NCBI GenBank assembly: GCA_016789725.1
Contig: JAEUQN010000001.1
Location: forward strand, 78,588-142,587
Direction of reading: 5' to 3'
DNA: 64,000 nt
DNA from: Blastocatellia bacterium
GTDB taxonomy: Bacteria; Acidobacteriota; Blastocatellia; RBC074
The stretch's first letter is position 1. Each line of letters opens with the position of its first letter. The position numbers and the translations under genes were made by a program. Shown here one piece after another: positions 11,901 through 19,483 of the stretch. The notes under the pieces were generated by a model, which made no database searches, was not told the origin of the DNA, and worked only from the letters and a program-made list of their open reading frames with translations.

Positions 11901-12224
11901 CAACAATGTGATTCAGAACTTGAGCGCCAGTGGCTGCGGTATCTGGACGAAAATGGTCATCGGCTACCAAGCCACGCACAATCCCTGATCGAAGCCGCGC
12001 AAACGCGCCCGGACTTTCTCTATCGTGAGGAACAGGTTGCGATCTACATTGATGGGCCGATCCATGATTTTCCTGAGCGGCAACAGCGCGACCGCACCAA
12101 AGCAGACTGGCTTGAAGATCAAGGCTACACGGTCATTCGGTTTGCCCACAATGAGGAATGGGCGGCGGTTCTGCAAAAATATCCCCATATCTTTGGGAAA
12201 CCGCAAACGCCGCAGGAGAAATGA
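5910..12224 (+). CDS. Giant SF2 (DExH) helicase with Zn-ribbon/DUF1998-like Cys clusters and a C-terminal DUF559 (Vsr-like) endonuclease domain; DruE/DrmA-DrmB-like
   Basis: Helicase motif I (LTTGTGSGKSL), motif II (LDELH), motif III (GTSATIAG) and motif VI (QRSGRAGRSG) are all present. Cys clusters: CRECGQEY, CLCCG, CEGCGY..CERCQ, CEAACYDC. The C-terminal ~45 aa (VAIYIDGPIHDFPERQQRDRTKADWLEDQGYTVIRF) matches the DUF559 pattern. Confidence 0.65.
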   Translation: MSGTTTISISSALLQKAAQYARLCSAAATRERVLVSHTVMLAVQEYLEKVLGVAAEQGRSPQLKFVELLDLADFRLQGWSLEVRAITSVVEPALYVPTMPMLVGALADHYLAAQVNRSLTEIEVFGFACREDLSEAELSANGLFAILPSDLLRPFVELPSLLSKPSRKDPAPGSAFEEWQVRGERLLLNVSEWLTNEAVFSPEQIGHLAAGLRDEVLRVYGEHLPATGVEPLLEQLFRRFGMRRPVPAPPQSDLLFAPSAEEQTEFARWENRESYFQDNLYPAERASLYRYLLADEAALQEHRQMRKTLDRATKGKHLASPQRRKRMARQQQSRSVSATLETEPIAPDLLTALTQEREFMTGSPSYAPHTASNDSMNIFAFRDRLIADYASYVQSFIQIRNPRVRDYVNEQLNAGVFYPEPLIQLNPSFALGDSLDQLITDQVLHPECANIFRKDKEDTISSGRLLNLHQHQTEAIKAAQKGHNYVLTTGTGSGKSLSYIIPIVNHVLRNGTGRGIQAIVVYPMNALANSQFGELEKFLCRGYPDGPPVTFDKYTGQENEEERKRITHNPPDILLTNYVMLELILTRPAERKIIEAARGLRFLVLDELHTYRGRQGADVALLVRRVRDRLQANELQCVGTSATIAGGGTFEEQRTEVARVATRLFGAAVRPEAVIMETLRRTTPDHDEQDAKFVAELKQRLVEIRKGELFARDYASFVNDPLAIWIESTLGVKSKDGRLVRCQPQSITGEEGAAKKLSDLTGIERDHCEAAIVRALLAGYECEKNPATGFAPFAFRLHQFISRGDTVYATLEEEAARYLTIYGQQYRPGSREHVLLPLVFCRECGQEYYGVRRIYNKQNRPDHFAPRQLNDQLSDQESEAGFLYFSTDRPFPTDEEQIINENRVPDDWVEERKGKWRIRKDRQADLPRTILLGTDGVEAPEGRHFSYIAAPFRFCLCCGVAYGMRQRDDFAKLSSLGSEGRSTATTITSLSAIRSLRRSSLPQHARKLLSFTDNRQDASLQAGHFNDFIETTLLRSALYQAVRNAGANGISYDELTGKAFDALQLPRKLYAKNPEEKFQHIKDTDRALREVIGYRLYRDLERGWRITMPNLEQCGLLRMEYQSLDELCAEESEWMNCHPSLTTATPAVRQQIAKVLLDFMRRELTINVSYLDSREQEKIKQQSNQRLIAPWAIDENEKLEYAGILFARSRKPGDPAENTYLSARGGFGQYLRRTTTFTDLHHRLDLNETETIIADLLRILATAGLVTKVVEEQKEEVAGYQLMASALRWTVSDGAQAFHDPIRMPNVPEGGGRTNPYFVNFYRDLTTDLQGLEAREHTAQVQYELREEREEKFKTAELPILYCSPTMELGVDITELNVVNMRNMPPTPANYAQRSGRAGRSGQPALVFTYCTTGSPHDQYFFKRPDLMVSGQVSPPRLDLANEDLVRAHVHAIWLAETGISLGKSLKEILDLSGEELTLDLFESIKLQADAPVVRQRASLLAEKMMATIKPDLEACDWYGETWLDEVLTQATTRFDRTCNRWRDLYRSALKERELQNDIIIHHERSPQDKELAKRVRGLAESQLKLLTEVENVAQSDFYSYRYFASEGFLPGYNFPRLPVSAFIPARRNKQRDEFVSRPRFLAISEFGPRALVYHEGSKYVINKVILPISEGGDVLTQRAKLCEGCGYLHEITQGEGLDLCERCQRPLSAPLTSLFRLQNVSTRRRDKINSDEEERIRLGYEIITGVRFSEHAGQQVCRTAEVCVGDQVIARLFYGQAATLWRINLGWARRQNKNLHGFVLDVERGYWKSESDAATDDQEDPISRRTSRVIPYVEDTRNCLMIEPVAPLAEEQMASLQAALKNAIQVRYQLEDNELAAEPLPTVYDRRLLLFYESAEGGAGVLRRMLEDEQAFAKVAATALELCHYTIDGIDQRRALRAKEDCEAACYDCLMSYFNQREHRLLDRNLIRRELLQFANALVKESPTSVPRATHLEQLLQQCDSELERQWLRYLDENGHRLPSHAQSLIEAAQTRPDFLYREEQVAIYIDGPIHDFPERQQRDRTKADWLEDQGYTVIRFAHNEEWAAVLQKYPHIFGKPQTPQEK

Positions 12225-12225
12225 C

Positions 12226-15048
12226 ATGTCCTTTGCTATTGGATCACTCGTCAAAGCGCGAGGTAGAGAATGGGTTGTGCTGCCTGGCTCAGAAACAGAA
12301 TTATTGATGGTGCGCCCACTGGGCGGCACGGAAGACGAAGTCACGGGCTTACTTCTCCCGCTCGAAAAGGTCGAGTCCGCCCAATTCGCGCTGCCCAATC
12401 CGGCGCAGCTTGGCGATTACCGTTCGTGCCGATTACTGCGTGATGCCGTCCGGCTCAGCTTTCGTTCCAGCGCCGGGCCGTTCCGTTCCTTTGCGCGGTT
12501 GGCGGTCGAGCCACGTCCCTATCAATTGGTGCCGCTGATGCTGGCCCTCAAATTGGAACCCGTGCGAATGCTCATCGCGGATGACGTAGGCATCGGCAAA
12601 ACAATTGAAGCGAGTTTGATTGCGCGCGAATTGCTGGATCGCGGGGAAATCGAACGACTCGCCGTTTTATGTTCTCCGCAGTTGGCCACCCAGTGGCAAG
12701 GTGAATTGCGCGACAAGTTTCATATAGAAGCCGAAGTCGTCCTGCCTGGCACAGCTACGCGACTGGAACGCAATTGCCGCTTGAACGAATCATTATTTGA
12801 ACGCTACCCCTTTGTCATCGTCTCCACAGATTTCATCAAATCAGAGCGACGGCGGGCAGAATTCCAACGTACCTGTCCTGAGTTCGTCATTGTGGATGAA
12901 GCCCACACTTGTGCTTACGGCTGGGAAGGCCGAGGCGGACGACATCAACGATACGAATTACTCAAGGCCATTGCTGCCAATCAAGATCGGCATTTGGTAT
13001 TAGTGACGGCGACGCCGCACAGTGGCAACGAAACGGCCTTTCGCTCGCTTCTGACCTTGCTCAATCCTGAATTTGCCAACTTGCCAGAAGAGTTGATGGG
13101 AGCCGCGAATGAGCCTCATCGTCGCCGTCTTTCCGCACATTTCATTCAACGGAAACGGCGCGACATTCGAGATTATTTAGGAGCCGATACGCGATTTCCT
13201 GATCGTAAGGAAATGGAACTTGGCTATAAGCTGTCCAAAGAGTACAAGCAGCTTTTTGACCGTGTCTTGCATTACGCGCGGGAAGTCGTTAGTGATGAAA
13301 ATAACCAGGATCACCGGCAGCGGGTGCGCTGGTGGTCGGTGCTGGCCCTGCTGCGCTCCCTAGCCTCCAGTCCGGCTGCCGCCGCTGCCACGCTACGCAC
13401 TCGGGCTGCCAGCGCTGACGCAATAAGCTTGGCAGAAGCCGATGCGATAGGTCGCCGCACGGTGCTTGATCTGACCGATGATGAATCCGTCGAAAGCGCC
13501 GACCTGACGCACGGCAGCGATATAGGTGATGAAACAGAGGAAGAAAAGAAAAATCATCGCCGGTTACTCGACATGGCGCGTGAGGCAGATGCTTTGCTTG
13601 GTGCCAAAGACCAGAAACTCCAGCACGTCATGGAGATCGTTCGTGATCTCATCAAAGAAGGATTTCACCCCATTCTCTTTTGCCGTTTTATCCCAACGGC
13701 GGAATACGTGGCGGAGGAGTTGCGCAAAAAACTGCGCGGCGTTGAAGTCGTAGCCGTGACCGGCAAACAGCCATCAGACGAACGCGAGGAGCGTGTTAAT
13801 CAATTGGCCCAGTCGCCCCAGCGCGTCCTCGTTTGCACCGATTGTTTGAGCGAGGGCGTCAATTTGCAGGATCACTTCGATACGGTCATTCATTACGATT
13901 TATCGTGGAATCCCACCCGCCATGAACAACGCGAAGGCCGTGTGGATCGCTATGGACAGGAAAAAGACGAAGTCCGCATGGTGACCTATTATGGTCTCGA
14001 CAATCAGATTGATGGGATTGTCCTCAGCGTGCTGATTAGCAAGCACAAGAAGATTCGCAGTTCGCTCGGTATTTCCGTTCCCGTTCCCGTCAACACCGAT
14101 CAAGTCATCGAAGCGATCTTTGAGGGGTTGTTATTGCGCGGAAAAAAAGGCACGCCCGAAGAACAAATGCTGCTGTTTGAGGATTTCATGAAGCCGAAGC
14201 GGGAAGAACTCTATGGCAAATGGGATGAAGCAGGATTACGCGAAGAAAAACTTTCCCAGACGATGTTTTCCCATCGGCCTATTAAGGTGGAAGAAGTATC
14301 CAGAGAGTTGGAGGCTGTGCGCGCGGCCATTGGTGCTGGTGTGGATGTTGCTACTTTCACAAAGCAAGCGCTAACCGCCTACAAAGCAGCCGTCACAGAA
14401 AACAATCATGAGGTTCGGTTTGATATAGCGGAAAGCCCGCGCGCTTTGAAGGATGTCATTGGTTTGGGCCGTGATCAGTTTACCGCGCGCTTTGAATTGC
14501 CTGTCAAAGACGGTCAGCTTTACCTGAACCGCACCCACCCCATTGTCGAAGAGGTTGCCGCGCATGTGCGCGACACTGCACTTGACCCGCTGAGCGATGG
14601 CATTGCGCATCGTTGCGGCGTCATTCGCACACGCGAGGTCAATCGGCGCACGACCCTGATGCTCTTGCGGCTGCGCTATCACATCATCACCAAACGAGGC
14701 GAAGAACAATTTCCCTTGCTGGCCGAAGATGCGCAGCTTGTCGCCTTCGCGGGCGCACCGGCAAACGCCGAATGGTTGGAGGCTGAGGCCGCAGAACACA
14801 TCCTGGAATTACAACCCGATGCCAATGTGTTGCCCGATCAGGCCACGATGTTTCTGCAAAAAGTGCTGGATGAATTCGCACTGCTGCAACCGCATTTACA
14901 GCAGGTCGCTGAGGCGCGCGGCGCTGCACTCTTGGAAGCTCATCGCCGTGTGCGCACTGCCGCACAGATCAAAGGCGCGAGCTACGAAGTGAAAACCGAA
15001 ATGCCCGATGTGCTGGGCATCTATGTTTACCTGCCTGTTGCGTCATAG
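12226..15048 (+). CDS. SNF2-family helicase (DISARM DrmD-like)
   Basis: SNF2 motifs DDVGIGKT, VIVDEAHT and TATPHSGNE. Helicase-C motifs CTDCLSEGVNLQ and HEQREGRVDRYGQ. The start codon lies 1 nt after the upstream stop, with AGGAG 8 nt upstream. Confidence 0.75.
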   Translation: MSFAIGSLVKARGREWVVLPGSETELLMVRPLGGTEDEVTGLLLPLEKVESAQFALPNPAQLGDYRSCRLLRDAVRLSFRSSAGPFRSFARLAVEPRPYQLVPLMLALKLEPVRMLIADDVGIGKTIEASLIARELLDRGEIERLAVLCSPQLATQWQGELRDKFHIEAEVVLPGTATRLERNCRLNESLFERYPFVIVSTDFIKSERRRAEFQRTCPEFVIVDEAHTCAYGWEGRGGRHQRYELLKAIAANQDRHLVLVTATPHSGNETAFRSLLTLLNPEFANLPEELMGAANEPHRRRLSAHFIQRKRRDIRDYLGADTRFPDRKEMELGYKLSKEYKQLFDRVLHYAREVVSDENNQDHRQRVRWWSVLALLRSLASSPAAAAATLRTRAASADAISLAEADAIGRRTVLDLTDDESVESADLTHGSDIGDETEEEKKNHRRLLDMAREADALLGAKDQKLQHVMEIVRDLIKEGFHPILFCRFIPTAEYVAEELRKKLRGVEVVAVTGKQPSDEREERVNQLAQSPQRVLVCTDCLSEGVNLQDHFDTVIHYDLSWNPTRHEQREGRVDRYGQEKDEVRMVTYYGLDNQIDGIVLSVLISKHKKIRSSLGISVPVPVNTDQVIEAIFEGLLLRGKKGTPEEQMLLFEDFMKPKREELYGKWDEAGLREEKLSQTMFSHRPIKVEEVSRELEAVRAAIGAGVDVATFTKQALTAYKAAVTENNHEVRFDIAESPRALKDVIGLGRDQFTARFELPVKDGQLYLNRTHPIVEEVAAHVRDTALDPLSDGIAHRCGVIRTREVNRRTTLMLLRLRYHIITKRGEEQFPLLAEDAQLVAFAGAPANAEWLEAEAAEHILELQPDANVLPDQATMFLQKVLDEFALLQPHLQQVAEARGAALLEAHRRVRTAAQIKGASYEVKTEMPDVLGIYVYLPVAS

Positions 15049-15125
15049 GCGATAGATTTTGCCGAAAACAAAGTCTCGGTACTTGTTGATAACTACCGAG
15101 ACTTTGCTAAAAGCGAGTTGAGGAT

Positions 15126-15404
15126 ATGAACAAGCGTACAGCCTTTGACATCGTGGATTGCCTGGGGGAGGAATTGGATTTGATTGCCGATGCCGCCACA
15201 ACCAAATGGAAAGCCTATTTCGCGCGCTGGGCCTACGAGGTTTTGCAGCAATCGCCGAAGAATTACCTGTACCAGAAAGACGGGCAGGAATATGTGAAGG
15301 TGTTCGATAATCACCACATCCCATTCATTGTTCACATGCGCATTGCCGCCATTGGTGATGACCTCGCGGACGCCTGCGGTTGTCGCCGCGAAATTGACGA
15401 ATAA
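15126..15404 (+). CDS. small hypothetical protein (92 aa)
   Basis: GAGG Shine-Dalgarno 6 nt upstream of the ATG. The stop is 6 nt before the MTase start. I recognise no motifs. Confidence 0.4.
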   Translation: MNKRTAFDIVDCLGEELDLIADAATTKWKAYFARWAYEVLQQSPKNYLYQKDGQEYVKVFDNHHIPFIVHMRIAAIGDDLADACGCRREIDE

Positions 15405-15410
15405 GAATTT

Positions 15411-18400
15411 ATGCAACTTCGACGTCGTAATCTCTTCACCACCATTCGCACCGAGGGTGCAATCCTGCCTGCGGATTTGTTGCAGCGGATCAATGACCGC
15501 GATGCGCAAATCAAAGGGCTGACGCCGGAAGACTATCATTTGGCCGGAAGCCTGAAAGTCAACGAAGCGATCAATCAATCCTATAACCGGATGCTCAGCG
15601 CGTGGGCTTCGTTTCAGACGGCACTGCAAAATCTGACACCCACCGATGCGGGGACGACGGTAACGCGCGAAAAATGGTTGCTGCCGTTGTTTCAGGAACT
15701 CAGTTATGGTCGTTTGCCAACGGCCAAAGCCATCGAAGTCGAAGGCAAGCCGTATCCCATTTCGCACACGTGGCAAAACACGCCGATTCATTTGGTCAGC
15801 GCCAAAGTTGATCTGAATACTCGTACTGCCGGAGTCGCAGGCGCGGCCCGCGTTTCGCCGCACGGATTGGTGCAAGAATTACTCAACAGTTCAGACGCGC
15901 ATTTGTGGGGCTTCGTCTCCAATGGATTGCAACTGCGGATGCTGCGCGACAATGTGAGTTTGACGCGGCAGGCGTATGTCGAATTCGATCTCGAAGCGAT
16001 GATGAACGGCGAACTCTACGCCGATTTTGCGCTGCTCTGGTTGCTGTGTCACGAATCGCGTGTGAATGCCGAAGAGCCGCAGGCCAAACCATCTGATTGC
16101 TGGTTGGAAAAATGGTCGAAGACGGCGCAGGAACAAGGCACACGGGCGCTCGATGCCTTACGCATTGGCGTCGAAGACGCCATCAAAGCGTTGGGGCGCG
16201 GCTTTATTTCGCATCCGGCAAATCAGGGCTTGCTCAGCCAATTGCGCGGCGGCACGCTCGACAAACAGGATTACTATCGGCAACTGCTGCGGCTGGTCTA
16301 TCGGCTGCTGTTTTTGTTTGTAGCCGAAGACCGCGACTTGTTGTTTGCGCCGTCTGCTGATGAAACGATGCGCGGGCGGTACACGCGCTTCTATTCGGTG
16401 TCTCGTTTGCGCAAGCTGGCAGAACGGCGCATCGGTACACGCCACAGCGATTTGTATCACGGCTTGCGGTTGGTGATGCAAAAGCTGGGGAATGGCGGAT
16501 GCAACGAACTCGGCTTGCCTGCGCTCGGCAGCTTTTTGTTCTCGAATGACGCCATTGCTGCGCTGAACAATTGCGAAATTGCGAATCACGATTTGCTGGA
16601 AGCGATTCGCGCGCTGGCCTTCATTCGTGATGAACACGGCTTGCGCACGGTGGATTATAAAAACCTCCGCTCCGAAGAACTCGGCAGCGTCTATGAAGCA
16701 CTGCTTGAACTGCACCCGATTATCAATGCTGAGGCGCGCCATTTCGATCTGGATTCCGCCAGCGGCAACGAACGCAAGACGACGGGCAGCTATTACACGC
16801 CGGACAGTCTGGTGCAATGCCTGTTGGATTCCGCGCTTGATCCGGTCGTTGCGGAAGCAATGAAGCAACCGGATGCAGAGGCCGCACTGCTACGATTTAA
16901 AGTCGTAGACCCTGCCTGCGGTTCTGGTCACTTTCTGATTGCAGCCGCGCATCGGCTCTCGAAGCATTTGGCATCCGTTCGCACAGGCGATGGTGAGCCT
17001 GCGCCGGAAGCGATTCGCACGGCATTGCGTGACGTGATCGGGCATTGCATTTATGGCGTAGACATCAATCCGATGGCGGTCGAATTGTGCAAGGTATCGC
17101 TCTGGATGGAGGCGCTGGAACCCGGCAAGCCGCTCACCTTTTTGGAACATCGCATTCAATGCGGCAATGCGCTGATTGGCACGACTCCGGCGCTGATGAA
17201 ACGCGGGATTCCTGACGAAGCATTCAAGCCCATTGAAGGCGATGACAAAGCGACCTGCGCCGAATACAAACGCTACAACAAAAAGTATCGTGAAAGCGGG
17301 CAGCGCAATATCTTTGAATCTGAAATCAAGCTCGGCAATCTGGCCGTGAGCCTGCTGGCATTGGAAGAGATTGACGACAGTACGATTGCAGGCGTGCGCG
17401 AAAAGCAGCGGCGTTGGGAGCAGCTTGTTCGCTCTAATGATTATCTGTATGGCGGGCTGCTGGCGGATGCGTGGTGCGCGGCGTTTGTGTGGAAGAAAAT
17501 CGAAGACCGCAATCATCCTTACCCAATCACAGAAGAACTCTTCCGCAAAATCGAACAAAGCCCCTGGCACGTTGCTCGCAGTCATCACGAAACGGAAATC
17601 CGTCGGCTGGCGAAGCAGTATCAATTCTTCCATTGGCATCTGGCGTTCCCCGATGTGTTCCGCGTGCCAGTCAATGATGAAGAGCCAGAGAATGAGTTGG
17701 CAGGATGGAATGGCGGGTTTGATGTTGTACTAGGCAATCCGCCGTGGGAGCGTATTAAGCTACAAGAAAAAGAATGGTTTGCCGAACGCAATCCTGAAAT
17801 CGCTAATGCACCAAATTCGGCGGCTCGGCGGCAAAAGATCAAAGAGCTACGCGAAGCAGATAGTTCACTTTATGATGCCTTTCTGGAGGATTGTCGAAAG
17901 GCCGAAGGAGAAGGGCATTTCGTGCGAAGTAGTGATCGTTATCCGCTTTGTGGGCGGGGCGACATTAATACATATGCAATTTTTGCTGAGACGAATCGAA
18001 TGATCGTCAGTAATTGGGGGCGTGTTGGTTGTATAGTACCATCTGGTATAGCAACCGATGACACAACTAAGTTCTTTTTCCAAAATTTGATGGAGCTACA
18101 GCTTCTAATCAGCTTATTCGATTTCGAGAATCGTGATGGAATCTTTCCTGGTGTACACCGAAGTTACAAATTTTGCTTACTCACGCTTACTGGCAAAGAC
18201 AAACCTGCAAAGTTAGGCACAAAGTTTGTGTTCTTTGCGTATTCGATACATGACTTAAACGAAACATCGCGCCAATTTACTTTATCTGCTACTGAAATTG
18301 CGTTGCTCAATCCCAACAGCCACACTTGTCCAATCTTCCGATCCATTAGTGATGCCGAGTTGACTAAATCAATTTATCAACGCGCCCCTATTCTCCTAAG

Positions 18401-19463
18401 AGAATCGCAAACTGAGCTTGGCAATCCTTGGGCTATCGAAATTGGGCGCATGTTCCATACTTCTGATGATTCGCCATTGTTCTGTGCAGAGGGTAGTAGT
18501 AAAATGATGCGTTTATACGAAGCTAAGTGTTACTGGCAATTTGATCATCGCTACGCAACCTTTTCAGAAAATGATTACCAAGAAGTTTGCGAAACTCAGA
18601 AGCAAGACACGCAATTCCAGATTAATGTCCGTTACTATATTGAGTTTGTAAAAATACCCCAGAAGTTTCGCCAGCGGCTATCAAAATGGCATCTTTCGTT
18701 CAGAAAGATAACAAGGTCTACTGACGCAAGAACGCTCATCGCCAGTATTACACCTTTATCTGGTCTGCTTGATTCTGGCAACAACATTTATATTAAGTCG
18801 GCTTCTCATGCCGCTTGTTTGCTAGCATCTCTGAACTCTTTCGTTGTTGATTATGTTTCACGTCAAAAAATTGGTGGCCCAAATATGACTGTTGGTGTCA
18901 TTTCACAAGTTCCGAGTCTGAGTCCTGCCACTTATAATCAGGACTTCTCATTGATAAATGAAACACAAACATTACGCAGGTGGATATTGTCGCGTGTATT
19001 GGAGCTTACTTACACTGCCTACGACCTGCAAGGCTTTGCCGAAGATTGCGGCTATACAGGCGAGCCGTTCCGGTGGGACGAAGCGCGCCGCTTCCTGCTC
19101 CGCGCAGAATTAGACGCTGCCTACTTTCACCTCTACGGTATTGCGCGTGCCGACGTAGACTACATCCTCGACACCTTCCCCATCGTCAAACGCAAGGACG
19201 AAGCGCAGCACGGCGAATACCGTACGAAGCGCGTGATTCTGGAAATCTACGACGCGATGCAACAGGCCATCACCACCGGACAACCGTACCAAACCTTGCT
19301 TGATCCGCCGCCTGCGAATGGCTGGACACCAGCGGAAAGCAGGGATGAGGGCGGAGGGATGAGGGATGAAGAACAGACAGTGACAGCGCCCCAGGCCGAA
19401 GCCTTTCAATTGGAGATGCAGGACGCACGGCCACAGCCGACATTGTTCGATATTGTCGAGTGA
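15411..19463 (+). CDS. N6-adenine DNA methyltransferase, gamma class (PglX / DrmMI / type IIG-like), 1350 aa
   Basis: Motif I VVDPACGSGHFLIAA and motif IV VVLGNPPWE. There is a long N-terminal region. The C-terminal third is AT-rich, consistent with a target-recognition domain. Confidence 0.75.
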   Translation: MQLRRRNLFTTIRTEGAILPADLLQRINDRDAQIKGLTPEDYHLAGSLKVNEAINQSYNRMLSAWASFQTALQNLTPTDAGTTVTREKWLLPLFQELSYGRLPTAKAIEVEGKPYPISHTWQNTPIHLVSAKVDLNTRTAGVAGAARVSPHGLVQELLNSSDAHLWGFVSNGLQLRMLRDNVSLTRQAYVEFDLEAMMNGELYADFALLWLLCHESRVNAEEPQAKPSDCWLEKWSKTAQEQGTRALDALRIGVEDAIKALGRGFISHPANQGLLSQLRGGTLDKQDYYRQLLRLVYRLLFLFVAEDRDLLFAPSADETMRGRYTRFYSVSRLRKLAERRIGTRHSDLYHGLRLVMQKLGNGGCNELGLPALGSFLFSNDAIAALNNCEIANHDLLEAIRALAFIRDEHGLRTVDYKNLRSEELGSVYEALLELHPIINAEARHFDLDSASGNERKTTGSYYTPDSLVQCLLDSALDPVVAEAMKQPDAEAALLRFKVVDPACGSGHFLIAAAHRLSKHLASVRTGDGEPAPEAIRTALRDVIGHCIYGVDINPMAVELCKVSLWMEALEPGKPLTFLEHRIQCGNALIGTTPALMKRGIPDEAFKPIEGDDKATCAEYKRYNKKYRESGQRNIFESEIKLGNLAVSLLALEEIDDSTIAGVREKQRRWEQLVRSNDYLYGGLLADAWCAAFVWKKIEDRNHPYPITEELFRKIEQSPWHVARSHHETEIRRLAKQYQFFHWHLAFPDVFRVPVNDEEPENELAGWNGGFDVVLGNPPWERIKLQEKEWFAERNPEIANAPNSAARRQKIKELREADSSLYDAFLEDCRKAEGEGHFVRSSDRYPLCGRGDINTYAIFAETNRMIVSNWGRVGCIVPSGIATDDTTKFFFQNLMELQLLISLFDFENRDGIFPGVHRSYKFCLLTLTGKDKPAKLGTKFVFFAYSIHDLNETSRQFTLSATEIALLNPNSHTCPIFRSISDAELTKSIYQRAPILLRESQTELGNPWAIEIGRMFHTSDDSPLFCAEGSSKMMRLYEAKCYWQFDHRYATFSENDYQEVCETQKQDTQFQINVRYYIEFVKIPQKFRQRLSKWHLSFRKITRSTDARTLIASITPLSGLLDSGNNIYIKSASHAACLLASLNSFVVDYVSRQKIGGPNMTVGVISQVPSLSPATYNQDFSLINETQTLRRWILSRVLELTYTAYDLQGFAEDCGYTGEPFRWDEARRFLLRAELDAAYFHLYGIARADVDYILDTFPIVKRKDEAQHGEYRTKRVILEIYDAMQQAITTGQPYQTLLDPPPANGWTPAESRDEGGGMRDEEQTVTAPQAEAFQLEMQDARPQPTLFDIVE

Positions 19464-19483
19464 ACCGAAATGAGTTTTCCAGA

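Noticed and set aside
16158-17639. 236-aa and 249-aa minus-strand ORFs
   Set aside because: Antisense to the MTase gene, which has clear motif I and motif IV on the + strand.
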